Shown here piece after piece: positions 22,916-37,400 of a DNA stretch of 64,000 nt. Within the stretch, counting starts at the first letter, position 1, and each line of letters starts with the position of its first letter. The translations under genes were made by a program, and so were the position numbers. The DNA comes from Eledone cirrhosa (taxonomy: Eukaryota). The notes beneath the pieces are model-generated. The model searched no databases, was not told the origin of the DNA, and worked only from the letters and a program-made list of their open reading frames with translations. Where the stretch lies: positions 19,530,001-19,594,000 of the forward strand of contig OZ024752.1 of the NCBI GenBank assembly GCA_964016885.1. The letters run 5' to 3'.

Positions 22916-25552
22916 CATCATCATCATCATCACCGTTTTACGTCCGTTCTTCCACGCTAGCATGGGTTAGACGGGTTGTCCTGTTGTGGGCAGTGACTGG
23001 TCGGCTTACCATGCCTTGCTCATACAGGAACTGATCTGGCTTGATTTCTACAGCTGGATGCCCTTCCTAACACCAACCTCATTTACAGTGAGTGCTGGGT
23101 GCTTTTTCGTGGTGCCTACACGTCCACTTTACAGTGTGGGCTGGGTGCTTTTTTGCCGTGGCACCTCCACGACCACCTTGCGGTGGGGGTGTGGGGGCAT
23201 ATTGTCTATATGCTTCAGCTTGTACCCATGGGAGGTCGGGTACTCTGTATTACTGCGTGACGCCAGAAGTCACGGTCATATGTCATTGTCTTTGAGACCC
23301 AAGATCACCTCATCCCAGGTCATCTTGGGTCTCCCCACTCCGCGGTTTCCATCAGCTTCTAGTGCTCTGCACCTTTTTATGCAGCTGTCATCCTTCATAC
23401 GCATCACATGTCCATACCAGCGCAACCGCCTCTCCTGCACACAGCATTTGATTCTTCTTATGCTCAGTCTCTCTCTCAATTCATTTATGCTTTGCCGTTC
23501 ACGTGTATTATTGTTACACATCCATCGGAGCATGCAGACTTCGTTTCTCTCTAATCTACGTAAGTCTTCCACCTTCAGCGCCCAGGTCTCGCTACCATGC
23601 AACATCGCTGTTCGGATACACGCATCATACAGTCTGCCTTTCATTCTGAGGGAGAAGCCTTTTGCAGCTAGCAGTGGTAGTAGTTCCCTAAACTTCCATC
23701 CCATTCTTACCCTAGTTATTGCACTTTCTGAACACCCACCTCCATTGCTAATTCAGTCACCTAGGTAGCAGAAGCTGTCTACTGTTTCTACAGGGCCCTC
23801 CCAGAGATTGGTGGTACTTGTTTCCTGTGGCTGTTTGCTGTTTGCTGTCTCAGCACAGCTGCTGCATGTGAATCCTACATTCTTAATTAAGCTTCCTGAG
23901 ATCCCGCTACATCTCTTGTGTACCCATTGTTTGCATTTGGGGCAGAGAATGGAGTTCCTACCTACACCTTTCCTACATACTGAGCAAGGCCATTTCCCTG
24001 AGGGGATCTGGGTTCTGTTTTCCCGTCTACTTACAAGGACCTTAGTCTTTGTCATGTTGACTTTGAGGCCCTTTCTTTCTAGTCCCTGCTTCCAGGTTTG
24101 GAATTTATTCTCTAGTTCTACCATAGATTCAGCTATGAGTGCGAGGTCATCAGCATACAGGAGTTCCCATGGGCATCCGGTCTTAAACTCCTCCGTTATT
24201 GCCTGCAGGACTATGATGAACAGGAGAGGGCTAAGAACAGAGCCCTGGTGGACCCCAACCTGTACGCTAAATTCCTCGCTATACTCATTGCTAATCCTAA
24301 CTTTGCTGACTGCTCCCCTATACATGGCTTGTACCGCTTTCACAAGCCATTCATCTACTCCTAGTTTTCTAAGAGCCCACCAGATTACAGCACGTGGAAC
24401 TCTGTCAAAGGCTTTCTTAAGGTCGACAAATGCCAAGTAGAGTGGCTTACTTTTAGCTAGGTACTTTTCCTGTAATTGCCTCACAAGGAAGAGGGCATCA
24501 GTGGTGCCTCTTCCTGGTACAAACCCAAATTGCATCTCGTCTATTTTCACCCGGTCCCTAATCAGCTGTGCTATAACTCTTTCTGTTACTTTCATGACCT
24601 GGTCCATCAACTTTATACCTCTATAGTTTCCTCTATCTAGTGCATCGCCTTTACCTTTGTAGCAGTTGACAATGATGCTACCGCACCAATCTTTTGGTAT
24701 GGCCCCTTCTAGTATTACCTGGTTAACGATACGTGTGGTTATAGTGTGACCTACAGACCCAGATGCCTTCAGCATCTCGGCAGCTATACCCGATGGACCG
24801 GTTGCCTTCCCCATCTTCATATCTTTGATTGCCTTTCTTACTACGCTGCCGCTGACTTGTACTGCTGGTCCCTCTATAGGGTCTACTTGGGGTAGGGTCT
24901 CTTCTTCCCATGCATTCTCCTCATTTAGTAATCTATCATAATGACTCTTCCATGCATCTTTCTTCTCAGCACTTGTGAGGGCAAGCTCACCTTTATCATT
25001 CCGGATACACTTCTCTCCAATGGCATCACAACTATCTCTGACACACTGCCTAGCAATCTTGAATACCTCCTGTTTCTGGTCCTCACGTTGTAAAACATGC
25101 TTGAATTTTCTATCCTCTGCTTCCCTTCCAGCTAAGTATACTTGTCGCCTAGCTTCCCTCTTGGTCTCTATGTAATGTACCCTGCTCCCCCCGTTCTTCC
25201 ATTCTTTCCATGCCTGTCTCTTGGCCTTGACTGCTTCATCTACCTTATTGTTCCACCACCAAGTCACTCTCCTCCTGCTTGAGGTCTTACTCCAGCCACA
25301 GACCTCATCCGTCGCCTCTAGTAAATTATTTTTTAGGAACTCCCAGTTCTCTTCTATATTAAATGTCTCTATCTGTTCTTCTTTACTGTCGTAGGCGTTG
25401 AGTAAGATATCTTTAAATCTGTTACTGGTTGAGGGGACTTTCAGCTTCCAGATCTTTCTTCTCCAGGTTGGCCTCTGTTTCCGGGTTCGTCTAGTTCTGA
25501 CCATGAGGTCGCTGACAACTAAGCTATGTTGGGATGTACATTCCTCACTAGG
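22913..25552 (-). mobile_element. RTE-clade LINE family A, 2.6 kb, 5'-truncated
   Basis: End of APE domain (SQHSLVV), full RT, 3' UTR, tail; (TA)n both sides. Confidence 0.95.
23753..25552 (-). CDS. RTE reverse transcriptase fragment with PHD-like insertion
   Basis: NYRGIKL, QFGF, KAFD, GVHQGS, YADD, CSVC...CPKC..WVHKRC...CSSC; premature stop after YLGD; ORF start in the TA tract is spurious. Confidence 0.85.
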   Translation of the reverse strand, partial: PSEECTSQHSLVVSDLMVRTRRTRKQRPTWRRKIWKLKVPSTSNRFKDILLNAYDSKEEQIETFNIEENWEFLKNNLLEATDEVCGWSKTSSRRRVTWWWNNKVDEAVKAKRQAWKEWKNGGSRVHYIETKREARRQVYLAGREAEDRKFKHVLQREDQKQEVFKIARQCVRDSCDAIGEKCIRNDKGELALTSAEKKDAWKSHYDRLLNEENAWEEETLPQVDPIEGPAVQVSGSVVRKAIKDMKMGKATGPSGIAAEMLKASGSVGHTITTRIVNQVILEGAIPKDWCGSIIVNCYKGKGDALDRGNYRGIKLMDQVMKVTERVIAQLIRDRVKIDEMQFGFVPGRGTTDALFLVRQLQEKYLAKSKPLYLAFVDLKKAFDRVPRAVIWWALRKLGVDEWLVKAVQAMYRGAVSKVRISNEYSEEFSVQVGVHQGSVLSPLLFIIVLQAITEEFKTGCPWELLYADDLALIAESMVELENKFQTWKQGLERKGLKVNMTKTKVLVSRRENRTQIPSGKWPCSVCRKGVGRNSILCPKCKQWVHKRCSGISGSLIKNVGFTCSSCAETANSKQPQETSTTNLWEGPVETVDSFCYLGD

Positions 25553-25558
25553 GAAATA

Positions 25559-25660
<102 letters not shown>

Positions 25661-26193
25661 CATGTATACAAATATATATATATATATGCACACACACATT
25701 ATATATATATATATAAAGATATGAGGAGGAGACAGAGAGTGGTGCAGTGTAAGGAGGAAGTAAAACGGCTAAAATTATGATGGAAAGACTAAAAATTGTG
25801 GTTTGGGGGGGCGGGGGGTCAACAAAGAAATTAGGTAACAAACAACAAACAAAGAAAAAGAAAACAGACAGAGAAACGGTGAAGAAAAGTAGAAAGTTAA
25901 TCTGTAAGTTGACTAATACAACTGTTGCTGTTGTTAAAGGTCAATAGAGTTGACCCTTATCAGTAAAACTATACAACACTTAATGACCATATATATTTTA
26001 TGACGTACATACTAAAAAGAGGTTTCTATTCAAAAGTCAACACTTCCTAAGTAGTTCAGCCAGTTACTGCTGCAATATATATTTTTTTCATTAAATCCTC
26101 TTCATGAAAACTTGATGTCACTCACTGAGACCTCTGGAGTCCTTACTACTACTCTTCTGTTCCTTCATTAAATATCGAGGATTACAATGGCTC

Positions 26194-27398
26194 TTCCCTA
26201 CGGCTATGCTTTCACCATCTTGTCCACGGGGTGCTGCTGAGACACAATAGACAACTAAGGATGTAGAGTTCCCTACGGCTATGCTTTCACCATCTTGTCC
26301 ACGAGGTGCTGCTGAGACACAATAGACAACTAAGGATGTAGAGTTCCCTACAGCTATGCTTTCACCATCTTGTCCACGAGGTGCTGCTGAGACACAATAG
26401 ACAACTAAGGATGTAGAGTTCCCTACAGCTATGCTTTCACCATCTTGTCCACGAGGTGCTGCTGAGACACAATAGACAACTAAGGATGTAGAGTTCCCTA
26501 CAGCTATGCTTTCACCATCTTGTCCACGAGGTGCTGCTGAGACACAATAGACAACTAAGGATGTAGAGTTCCCTACAGCTATGCTTTCACCATCTTGTCC
26601 ACGAGGTGCTGCTGAGACACAATAGACAACTAAGGATGTAGAGTTCCCTACAGCTATGCTTTCACCATCTTGTCCACGAGGTGCTGCTGAGACACAATAG
26701 ACAACTAAGGATGTAGAGTTCCCTACAGCTATGCTTTCACCATCTTGTCCACGAGGTGCTGCTGAGACACAATAGACAACTAAGGATGTAGAGTTCCCTA
26801 CAGCTATGCTTTCACCATCTTGTCCACGAGGTGCTGCTGAGACACAATAGACAACTAAGGATGTAGAGTTCCCTACAGCTATGCTTTCACCATCTTGTCC
26901 ACGAGGTGCTGCTGAGACACAATAGACAACTAAGGATGTAGAGTTCCCTACAGCTATGCTTTCACCATCTTGTCCACGAGGTGCTGCTGAGACACAATAG
27001 ACAACTAAGGATGTAGAGTTCCCTACAGCTATGCTTTCACCATCTTGTCCACGAGGTGCTGCTGAGACACAATAGACAACTAAGGATGTAGAGTTCCCTA
27101 CAGCTATGCTTTCACCATCTTGTCCACGAGGTGCTGCTGAGACACAATAGACAACTAAGGATGTAGAGTTCCCTACAGCTATGCTTTCACCATCTTGTCC
27201 ACGAGGTGCTGCTGAGACACAATAGACCAACTAAGGATGTAGAGTTCCCTGCGGCTATGCTTTCACCATCTTGTCCACGAGGTGCTGCTGAGACACAATA
27301 GACCAACTAAGGATGTAGAGTTCCCTACGGCTATGCTTTCGCCATCTTGTCCACGAGGTGCTGCTGAGACACAATAGACCAACTAAGGATGTAGAGTT
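26194..27398. repeat. Minisatellite, 16 copies (13 x 75 bp, 3 x 76 bp)
   Basis: Unit TTCCCTACAGCTATGCTTTCACCATCTTGTCCACGAGGTGCTGCTGAGACACAATAGACAACTAAGGATGTAGAG; central copies appear identical. Confidence 0.97.
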
Positions 27399-28464
27399 TC
27401 CACCTATTTTCTCCAACCTCCACTCATTCTTTTTTTTGTCATTAAGATATAAACATAGTCTTGTGCTTCCTTGATGGGAACATCTTCAGGGAAAGAAAGA
27501 GCGAGAGAAAGAGAGAAGGAAAGGACAGAAAGAAAGAGAGAAGGACAGAAAGAAAGAGAGAAAGAGAGAGAAGGAAAGGACAGAAAGAAAGAGAGAGAAG
27601 GAAAGGACAGAAAGAGAGAGAGTATGAAAGTGGTAACTCACCTCATCTGTGGGTTTCCAGTGTTTGGCTGATGTAATGAATTGTTTCTTCTTGAAAGATA
27701 AGTGGGATGCTGTGATTCCTTTGAAGATTTTGTGTTAAAGATCAAATTGGTTTGGATTTCATACAGGAAGACAAAAATACATTAACACACACATACATAT
27801 GCACATGAACACACACACATATGGATGCACACACTCACATATGCACGTGCGTACACACATATATGGACGCACATACAGATATATGTATGCAAACACAAAT
27901 ATAAGGACGTGCATGCTGGCACACAAATATATAGACATACATACAAACATATGAATGCGAACATACAAATATATGGACACACACACGCACATATGCACAC
28001 ACATATGGATGCACATATACACACACAGCATGGCCTTCTTTTGCCTGGACAGGAGGAAATTACTTGCAGGTGCATACTGTTGTCTAGTTACCACCATTGT
28101 ATTACTGGTACCTCTCTCATGAAGCATGCTGAAAGCAAAGGTCACCCCAATTTGGAATGGATCACAGAACACAGATTGGCATCACTAAATAACACCAACA
28201 TTTTGGTCTGGCAATCTACTAGCTTTGGAAACACCTCATACCTACCAACTCTCCCTCTTACACACACATATATATATAACACAGAGGTGTAACAAGAGAA
28301 AATAGCACCTATGGCAAACATTGAAATTGTGCCCCTGCCCATGCAGCAAGCTATATAGTAGTTGTTAGACAATGGGATTGACAGAGCAGTTTAAATAACT
28401 GCATTTTCATTTGTTCTACAGGTATCCTTTATGCTTAAGTAAAGTATTGGCAAACGTGTTAGTG

Positions 28465-31400
28465 TATTTAAAGGGAGATATCTGTGTAATACTGATCTGT
28501 GACAGATATTAAAGGGAGGGATCTGTGTAATACTGATCTGTGACAGATATTAAAGGGAGGGATCTGCGTAATACTGATCTGTGACAGATATTAAAGGGAG
28601 AGATCTGTGTAATACTGATGTGTGACAGATATTAAAGGGAGTGATCTGTGTAATACTGATCTGTGACAGATATTAAAGGGAGTGATCAGTGTAATACGGA
28701 TCTGTGACAGATATTAAAGGGAGGGATCTGCGTAATACTGATCTGTGACAGATATTAAAGGGAGAGATCTGTGTAATACTGATGTGTGACAGATATTAAA
28801 GGGAGTGATCTGTGTAATACTGATCTGTGACAGATATTAAAGGGAGTGATCTGTGTAATACTGATCTGTGACAGATATTAAAGGGAGTGATCTGTGTAAT
28901 ACTGATCTGTGACAAATATTAAAGGGAGAGATCTGTGTATTACTGATGTGTGACAGATATTAAAGGGAGAGATCTGTGTAATACTGATGTGTGACAGATA
29001 TTAAAGGGAGAGATCTGTGTAATACTGATCTGTGACAGATATTAAAGGGAGAGATCTGTGTAATACTGATCTGTGACAGATATTAAAGGGAGTGATCTGT
29101 GTAATACTGATCTGTGACAGATATTAAAGAGAGTGATCTGTGTAATACTGATCTGTGACAGATATTAAAGGGAGAGATCTGTGTAATACTGATCTGTGAC
29201 AGATATTAAAGGGAGAGATCTGTGTAATACTGATCTGTGACAGATATTAAAGGGAGAGATCTGTGTAATACTGATCTGTGACAAATATTAAAGAGAGTGA
29301 TCTGTGTAATACTGATCTGTGACAAATATTAAAGGGAGAGATCTGTGTAATACTGATCTGTGACAGATATTAATGGGAGAGATCTGTGTAATACTGATCT
29401 GTGACAAATATTAAAGGGAGAGATCTGTGTAATACTGATCTGTGACAAATATTAAAGGGAGAGATCTGTGTAATACTGATCTGTGACAAATATTAAAGGG
29501 AGAGATCTGTGTAATACTGATCTGTGACAAATATTAAAGGGAGAAATCTGTGTAATACTGATCTGTGACAAATATTAAAGGGAGTGATCAGTGTAATACG
29601 GATCTGTGACAGATATTAAAGGGAGAGATCTGCGTAATACTGATCTGTGACAAATATTAAAGGGAGTGATCTGTGTAATACTGATCTGTGACAGATATTA
29701 AAGGGAGAGATCTGTGTAATACTGATCTGTGACAGATATTAAAGGGAGTGATCTGTGTAATACTGATCTGTGACAGATATTAAAGGGAGGGATCTGTGTA
29801 ATACTGATCTGTGACAGATATTAAAGGGAGGGATCTGTGTAATACTGATCTGTGACAAATATTAAAGGGAGGGATCTGTGTAATACTGATCTGTGACAGA
29901 TATTAAAGGGAGAGATCTGTGTAATACTGATCTGTGACAAATATTAAAGGGAGAGATCTGTGTAATACTGATCTGTGACAAATATTAAAGGGAGAGATCT
30001 GTGTAATACTGATCTGTGACAAATATTAAAGGGACAGATCTGTGTAATACTGATCTGTGACAGATATTAAAGGGAGAGTTCTGTGTAATACTGATCTGTG
30101 ACAAATATTAAAGAGAGTGATCTGTGTAATACTGATCTGTGACAAATATTAAAGGGAGAGATCTGTGTAATACTGATCTGTGACAGATATTAATGGGAGA
30201 GATCTGGGTAATACTGATCTGTGACAAATATTAAAGGGAGAGATCTGTGTAATACTGATCTGTGACAAATATTAAAGGGAGAGATCTGTGTAATACTGAT
30301 CTGTGACAAATATTAAAGGGAGAGATCTGTGTAATACTGATCTGTGACAAATATTAAAGGGAGAAATCTGTGTAATACTGATCTGTGACAAATATTAAAG
30401 GGAGAGATCTGTGTAATACTGATCTGTGACAAATATTAAAGGGAGAGATCTGTGTAATACTGATCTGTGACAAATATTAAAGGGAGAGATCTGTGTAATA
30501 CTGATCTGTGACAGATATTAAAGGGAGAGATCTGTGTAATACTGATCTGTGACAAATATTAAAGAGAGTGATCTGTGTAATACTGATCTGTGACAAATAT
30601 TAAAGGGAGAGATCTGTGTAATACTGATCTGTGACAGATATTAAAGGGAGAGATCTGTGTAATACTGATCTGTGACAAATATTAAAGGGAGAGATCTGTG
30701 TAATACTGATCTGTGACAAATATTAAAGGGAGATATCTGTGTAATACTGATCTGTGACAGATATTAAAGGGAGTGATCTGTGTAATACTGATCTGTGACA
30801 GATATTAAATAGAGTGATCTGTGTAATACTGATCTGTGACAGATATTAAAGGGAGAGATCTGTGTAATACTGATCTGTGACAAATGTTAAAAGGAGTGAT
30901 CTGTGTAATACTGATCTGTGACAAATATTAAAGGGAGTGATCTGTGTAATACTGATCTGTGACAGATATTAAAGGGAGTGATCTGCGTAATACTGATCTG
31001 TGACAAATATTAAAGGGAGAGATCTGTGTAATACTGATCTGTGACAGATATTAAAGGGAGAGATCTGTGACAGATATTAAAGGGAGAGATCTGTGTAATA
31101 CTGATCTGTGACAGATATTAAAGGGAGAGATCTGCGTAATACTGATCTGTGACAAATATTAAAGGGAGTGATCTGTGTAATACTGATCTGTGACAGATAT
31201 TAAAGGGAGAGATCTGCGTAATACTGATCTGTGACAAATATTAAAGGGAGTGATCTGTGTAATACTGATCTGTGACAGATATTAAAGGGAGAGATCTGTG
31301 TAATACTGATCTGTGACAGATATTAAAGGGAGTGATCTGTGTAATACTGATCTGTGACAGATATTAAAGGGAGGGATCTGTGTAATACTGATCTGTGACA

Positions 31401-34400
31401 GATATTAAAGGGAGGGATCTGTGTAATACTGATCTGTGACAAATATTAAAGGGAGGGATCTGTGACAGATATTAAAGGGAGAGATCTGTGTAATACTGAT
31501 CTGTGACAAATATTAAAGGGAGAGATCTGTGTAATACTGATCTGTGACAAATATTAAAGGGAGAGATCTGTGTAATACTGATCTGTGACAAATATTAAAG
31601 GGAGAGATCTGTGTAATACTGATCTGTGACAGATATTAAAGGGAGAGATCTGTGTAATACTGATCTGTGACAAATATTAAAGAGAGTGATCTGTGTAATA
31701 CTGATCTGTGACAAATATTAAAGGGAGAGATCTGTGTAATACTGATCTGTGACAGATATTAAAGGGAAAGATCTGTGTAATACTGATCTGTGACAAATAT
31801 TAAAGGGAGAGATCTGTGTAATACTGATCTGTGACAAATATTAAAGGGAGAGATCTGTGTAATACTGATCTGTGACAAATATTAAAGGGAGAGATCTGTG
31901 TAATACTGATCTGTGACAAATATTAAAGGGAGAAATCTGTGTAATACTGATCTGTGACAAATATTAAAGGGAGAGATCTGTGTAATACTGATCTGTGACA
32001 AATATTAAAGGGAGAGATCTGTGTAATACTGATCTGTGACAAATATTAAAGGGAGAGATCTGTGTAATACTGATCAGTGACAGATATTAAAGGGAGAGAT
32101 CTGTGTAATACTGATCTGTGACAAACATTAAAGAGAGTGATCTGTGTAATACTGATCTGTGACAAATATTAAAGGGAGAGATCTGTGTAATACTGATCTG
32201 TGACAGATATTAAAGGGAGAGATCTGTGTAATACTGATCTGTGACAAATATTAAAGGGAGAGATCTGTGTAATACTGATCTGTGACAAATATTAAAGGGA
32301 GAGATCTGTGTAATACTGATCTGTGACAGATATTAAAGGGAGAGATCTGTGTAATACTGATCTGTGACAAATATTAAAGGGAGAGATCTGTGTAATACTG
32401 ATCTGTGACAAATATTAAAGGGAGAGATCTGTGTAATACTGATCTGTGACAGATATTAAAGGGAGTGATCTGTGTAATACTGATCTGTGACAGATATTAA
32501 AGGGAGAGATCTGTGTAATACTGATCTGTGACAAATATTAAAGGGAGTGATCTGTGTAATACTGATCTGTGACAAATATTAAAGGGAGTGATCTGTGTAA
32601 TACTGATCTGTGACAGATATTAAAGGGAGTGATCTGTGTAATACTGATCTGTGACAATTATTAAAGGGAGAGATCTGTGTAATACTGATCTGTGACAAAT
32701 ATTAAAGGGAGTGATCTGTGTAATACTGATCTGTGACATATATTAAAGGGAGAGATCTGTGTAATACTGATCTGTGACAAATATTAAAGGGAGTGATCTG
32801 TGTAATACTGATCTGTGACAGATATTAAAGGGAGGGATCTGTGTAATACTGATCTGTGACAGATATTAAAGGGAGAGATCTGTGTAATACTGATCTGTGA
32901 CAAATATTAAAGGGAGGGATCTGTGTAATACTGATCTGTGACAAATATTAAAGGGAGTGATCTGTGTAATACTGATCTGTGACAGATATTAAAGGGAGAG
33001 ATCTGTGTAATACTGATCTGTGACAGATATTAAAGGGAGAGATCTGTGTAATACTGATCTGTGACAGATATTAAAGGGAGAGATCTGTGTAATACTGATC
33101 TGTGACAGATATTAAAGGGAGAGATCTGTGTAATACTGATCTGTGACAGATATTAAAGGGAGAGATCTGTGTAATACTGATCTGTGACAGATATTAAAGG
33201 GAGAGATCTGTGTAATACTGATCTGTGACAGATATTAAAGGGAGTGATCTGTGTAATACTGATGTGTGACAGATATTAAAGGGAGTGATCTGTGTAATAC
33301 TGATCTGTGACAGATATTAAAGGGAGAGATCTGCGTAATACTGATCTGTGACAAATATTAAAGGGAGTGATCTGTGTAATACTGATCTGTGACAAATATT
33401 AAAGGGAGAGATCTGCGTAATACTGATCTGTGACAAATATTAAAGGGAGAGATCTGCGTAATACTGATCTGTGACAAATATTAAAGGGAGAGATCTGTGT
33501 AATACTGATCTGTGACAAATATTAAAGGGAGAGATCTGCGTAATACTGATCTGTGACAAATATTAAAGGGAGAGATCTGCGTAATACTGATCTGTGACAA
33601 ATATTAAAGGGAGTGATCTGTGTAATACTGATCTGTGACAAATATTAAAGGGAGGGATCTGTGTAATACTGATCTGTGACACATATTAAAGGGAGAGATC
33701 TGCGTAATACTGATCTGTGACAAAAATTAAAGGGAGTGATCTGTGTATTACTGATCTGTGACAAATATTAAAGGGAGAGATCTGTGTATTACGGATCTGT
33801 GACAAATATTAAAGGGAGTGATCTGTGTATTACTGATCTGTGACAAATATTAAAGGGAGGGATCTGTGTAATACTGATCTGTGACAAATATTAAAGGGAG
33901 GGATCTGTGTATTACTGATCTGTGACAGATATTAAAGGGAGTGATCTGTGTAATACTGATGTGTGACAAATATTAAAGGGAGTGATTTGTGTAATACTGA
34001 TGAGTGACAAATATTAAAGGGAGTGATCTGTGTAATACTGATCTGTGACAGATATTAAAGGGAGAGATCTGTGTAATACTGATCTGTGACAAATATTAAA
34101 GGGAGGGATCTGTGTAATACTGATCTGTGACAAATATTAAAGGGAGAGATCTCTGTAATACTGATCTGTGACAAATATTAAAGGGAGAGATCTGTGTAAT
34201 ACTGATGTGGGACAGATATTAAAGGGAGTGATCTGTGTAATACTGATCCGTGACAAATATTAAAGGGAGAGATCTGTGTAATACTGATCTGTGACAAATA
34301 TTAAAGGGAGTGATCTGTGTAATACTGATGTGTGACAGATATTAAAGGGAGAGATCTGTGTAATACTGATCTCTGACAAATATTAAAGGGAGTGATCTGT

Positions 34401-37400
34401 GTAATACTGATCCGTGACAAATATTAAAGGGAGAGATCTGTGTAATACTGATCTGTGACAAATATTAAAGAGAGTGATCTGTGTAATACTGATCTGTGAC
34501 AAACATTAAAGAGAGTGATCTGTGTAATACTGATCTGTGACAGATATTAAAGGGAGTGATCTGTGTAATACTGATCTGTGACAGATATTAAAGAGAGTGA
34601 TCTGTGTAATACTGATATGTGACAGATTTTAAAGAGAGTGATCTGTGTAATACTGATCTGTGACAAATATTAAAGGGAGTGATCTGTTTAATACTGATCT
34701 GTGACAAATATTAAAGGGAGAGATCTGTGTAATACTGATCTGTGACAGATATTAAAGAGAGTGATCTGTGTAATACTGATCTGTGACAGATATTAAAGGG
34801 AGTGCTCTGTGTAATACTGATCTCTGACACATATTAAAGGGAGAGATCTGTGTAATACTGATCCGTGACAAATATTAAAGGGAGAGATCTGTGCAATACT
34901 GATCCGTGACAAATATTAAAGGGAGTGATCTGTGTAATACTGATCTGTGACAAATATTAAAGGGAGAGATCTGTGTAATACTGATCTGTGACAAATATTA
35001 AAGGGAGAAATCTGTGTAATACTGATCTGTGACAAATATTAAAGGGAGTGATCAGTGTAATACGGATCTGTGACAGATATTAAAGGGAGAGATCTGCGTA
35101 ATACTGATCTGTGACAAATATTAAAGGGAGTGATCTGTGTAATACTGATCTGTGACAGATATTAAAGGGAGAGATCTGTGTAATACTGATCTGTGACAGA
35201 TATTAAAGGGAGTGATCTGTGTAATACTGATCTGTGACAGATATTAAAGGGAGGGATCTGTGTAATACTGATCTGTGACAGATATTAAAGGGAGGGATCT
35301 GTGTAATACTGATCTGTGACAAATATTAAAGGGAGGGATCTGTGTAATACTGATCTGTGACAGATATTAAAGGGAGAGATCTGTGTAATACTGATCTGTG
35401 ACAAATATTAAAGGGAGAGATCTGTGTAATACTGATCTGTGACAAATATTAAAGGGAGAGATCTGTGTAATACTGATCTGTGACAAATATTAAAGGGACA
35501 GATCTGTGTAATACTGATCTGTGACAGATATTAAAGGGAGAGTTCTGTGTAATACTGATCTGTGACAAATATTAAAGAGAGTGATCTGTGTAATACTGAT
35601 CTGTGACAAATATTAAAGGGAGAGATCTGTGTAATACTGATCTGTGACAGATATTAATGGGAGAGATCTGGGTAATACTGATCTGTGACAAATATTAAAG
35701 GGAGAGATCTGTGTAATACTGATCTGTGACAAATATTAAAGGGAGAGATCTGTGTAATACTGATCTGTGACAAATATTAAAGGGAGAGATCTGTGTAATA
35801 CTGATCTGTGACAAATATTAAAGGGAGAAATCTGTGTAATACTGATCTGTGACAAATATTAAAGGGAGAGATCTGTGTAATACTGATCTGTGACAAATAT
35901 TAAAGGGAGAGATCTGTGTAATACTGATCTGTGACAAATATTAAAGGGAGAGATCTGTGTAATACTGATCTGTGACAGATATTAAAGGGAGAGATCTGTG
36001 TAATACTGATCTGTGACAAATATTAAAGAGAGTGATCTGTGTAATACTGATCTGTGACAAATATTAAAGGGAGAGATCTGTGTAATACTGATCTGTGACA
36101 GATATTAAAGGGAGAGATCTGTGTAATACTGATCTGTGACAAATATTAAAGGGAGAGATCTGTGTAATACTGATCTGTGACAAATATTAAAGGGAGATAT
36201 CTGTGTAATACTGATCTGTGACAGATATTAAAGGGAGTGATCTGTGTAATACTGATCTGTGACAGATATTAAATAGAGTGATCTGTGTAATACTGATCTG
36301 TGACAGATATTAAAGGGAGAGATCTGTGTAATACTGATCTGTGACAAATGTTAAAAGGAGTGATCTGTGTAATACTGATCTGTGACAAATATTAAAGGGA
36401 GTGATCTGTGTAATACTGATCTGTGACAGATATTAAAGGGAGTGATCTGCGTAATACTGATCTGTGACAAATATTAAAGGGAGAGATCTGTGTAATACTG
36501 ATCTGTGACAGATATTAAAGGGAGAGATCTGTGACAGATATTAAAGGGAGAGATCTGTGTAATACTGATCTGTGACAGATATTAAAGGGAGAGATCTGCG
36601 TAATACTGATCTGTGACAAATATTAAAGGGAGTGATCTGTGTAATACTGATCTGTGACAGATATTAAAGGGAGAGATCTGCGTAATACTGATCTGTGACA
36701 AATATTAAAGGGAGTGATCTGTGTAATACTGATCTGTGACAGATATTAAAGGGAGAGATCTGTGTAATACTGATCTGTGACAGATATTAAAGGGAGTGAT
36801 CTGTGTAATACTGATCTGTGACAGATATTAAAGGGAGGGATCTGTGTAATACTGATCTGTGACAGATATTAAAGGGAGGGATCTGTGTAATACTGATCTG
36901 TGACAAATATTAAAGGGAGGGATCTGTGACAGATATTAAAGGGAGAGATCTGTGTAATACTGATCTGTGACAAATATTAAAGGGAGAGATCTGTGTAATA
37001 CTGATCTGTGACAAATATTAAAGGGAGAGATCTGTGTAATACTGATCTGTGACAAATATTAAAGGGAGAGATCTGTGTAATACTGATCTGTGACAGATAT
37101 TAAAGGGAGAGATCTGTGTAATACTGATCTGTGACAAATATTAAAGAGAGTGATCTGTGTAATACTGATCTGTGACAAATATTAAAGGGAGAGATCTGTG
37201 TAATACTGATCTGTGACAGATATTAAAGGGAAAGATCTGTGTAATACTGATCTGTGACAAATATTAAAGGGAGAGATCTGTGTAATACTGATCTGTGACA
37301 AATATTAAAGGGAGAGATCTGTGTAATACTGATCTGTGACAAATATTAAAGGGAGAGATCTGTGTAATACTGATCTGTGACAAATATTAAAGGGAGAGAT

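Noticed and set aside
26118-27230. 370-aa repeat ORF as a standalone gene
   Set aside because: It starts at a TTG inside the tandem array and the units are identical at DNA level; no recognisable domain. Kept only as a speculative finding.
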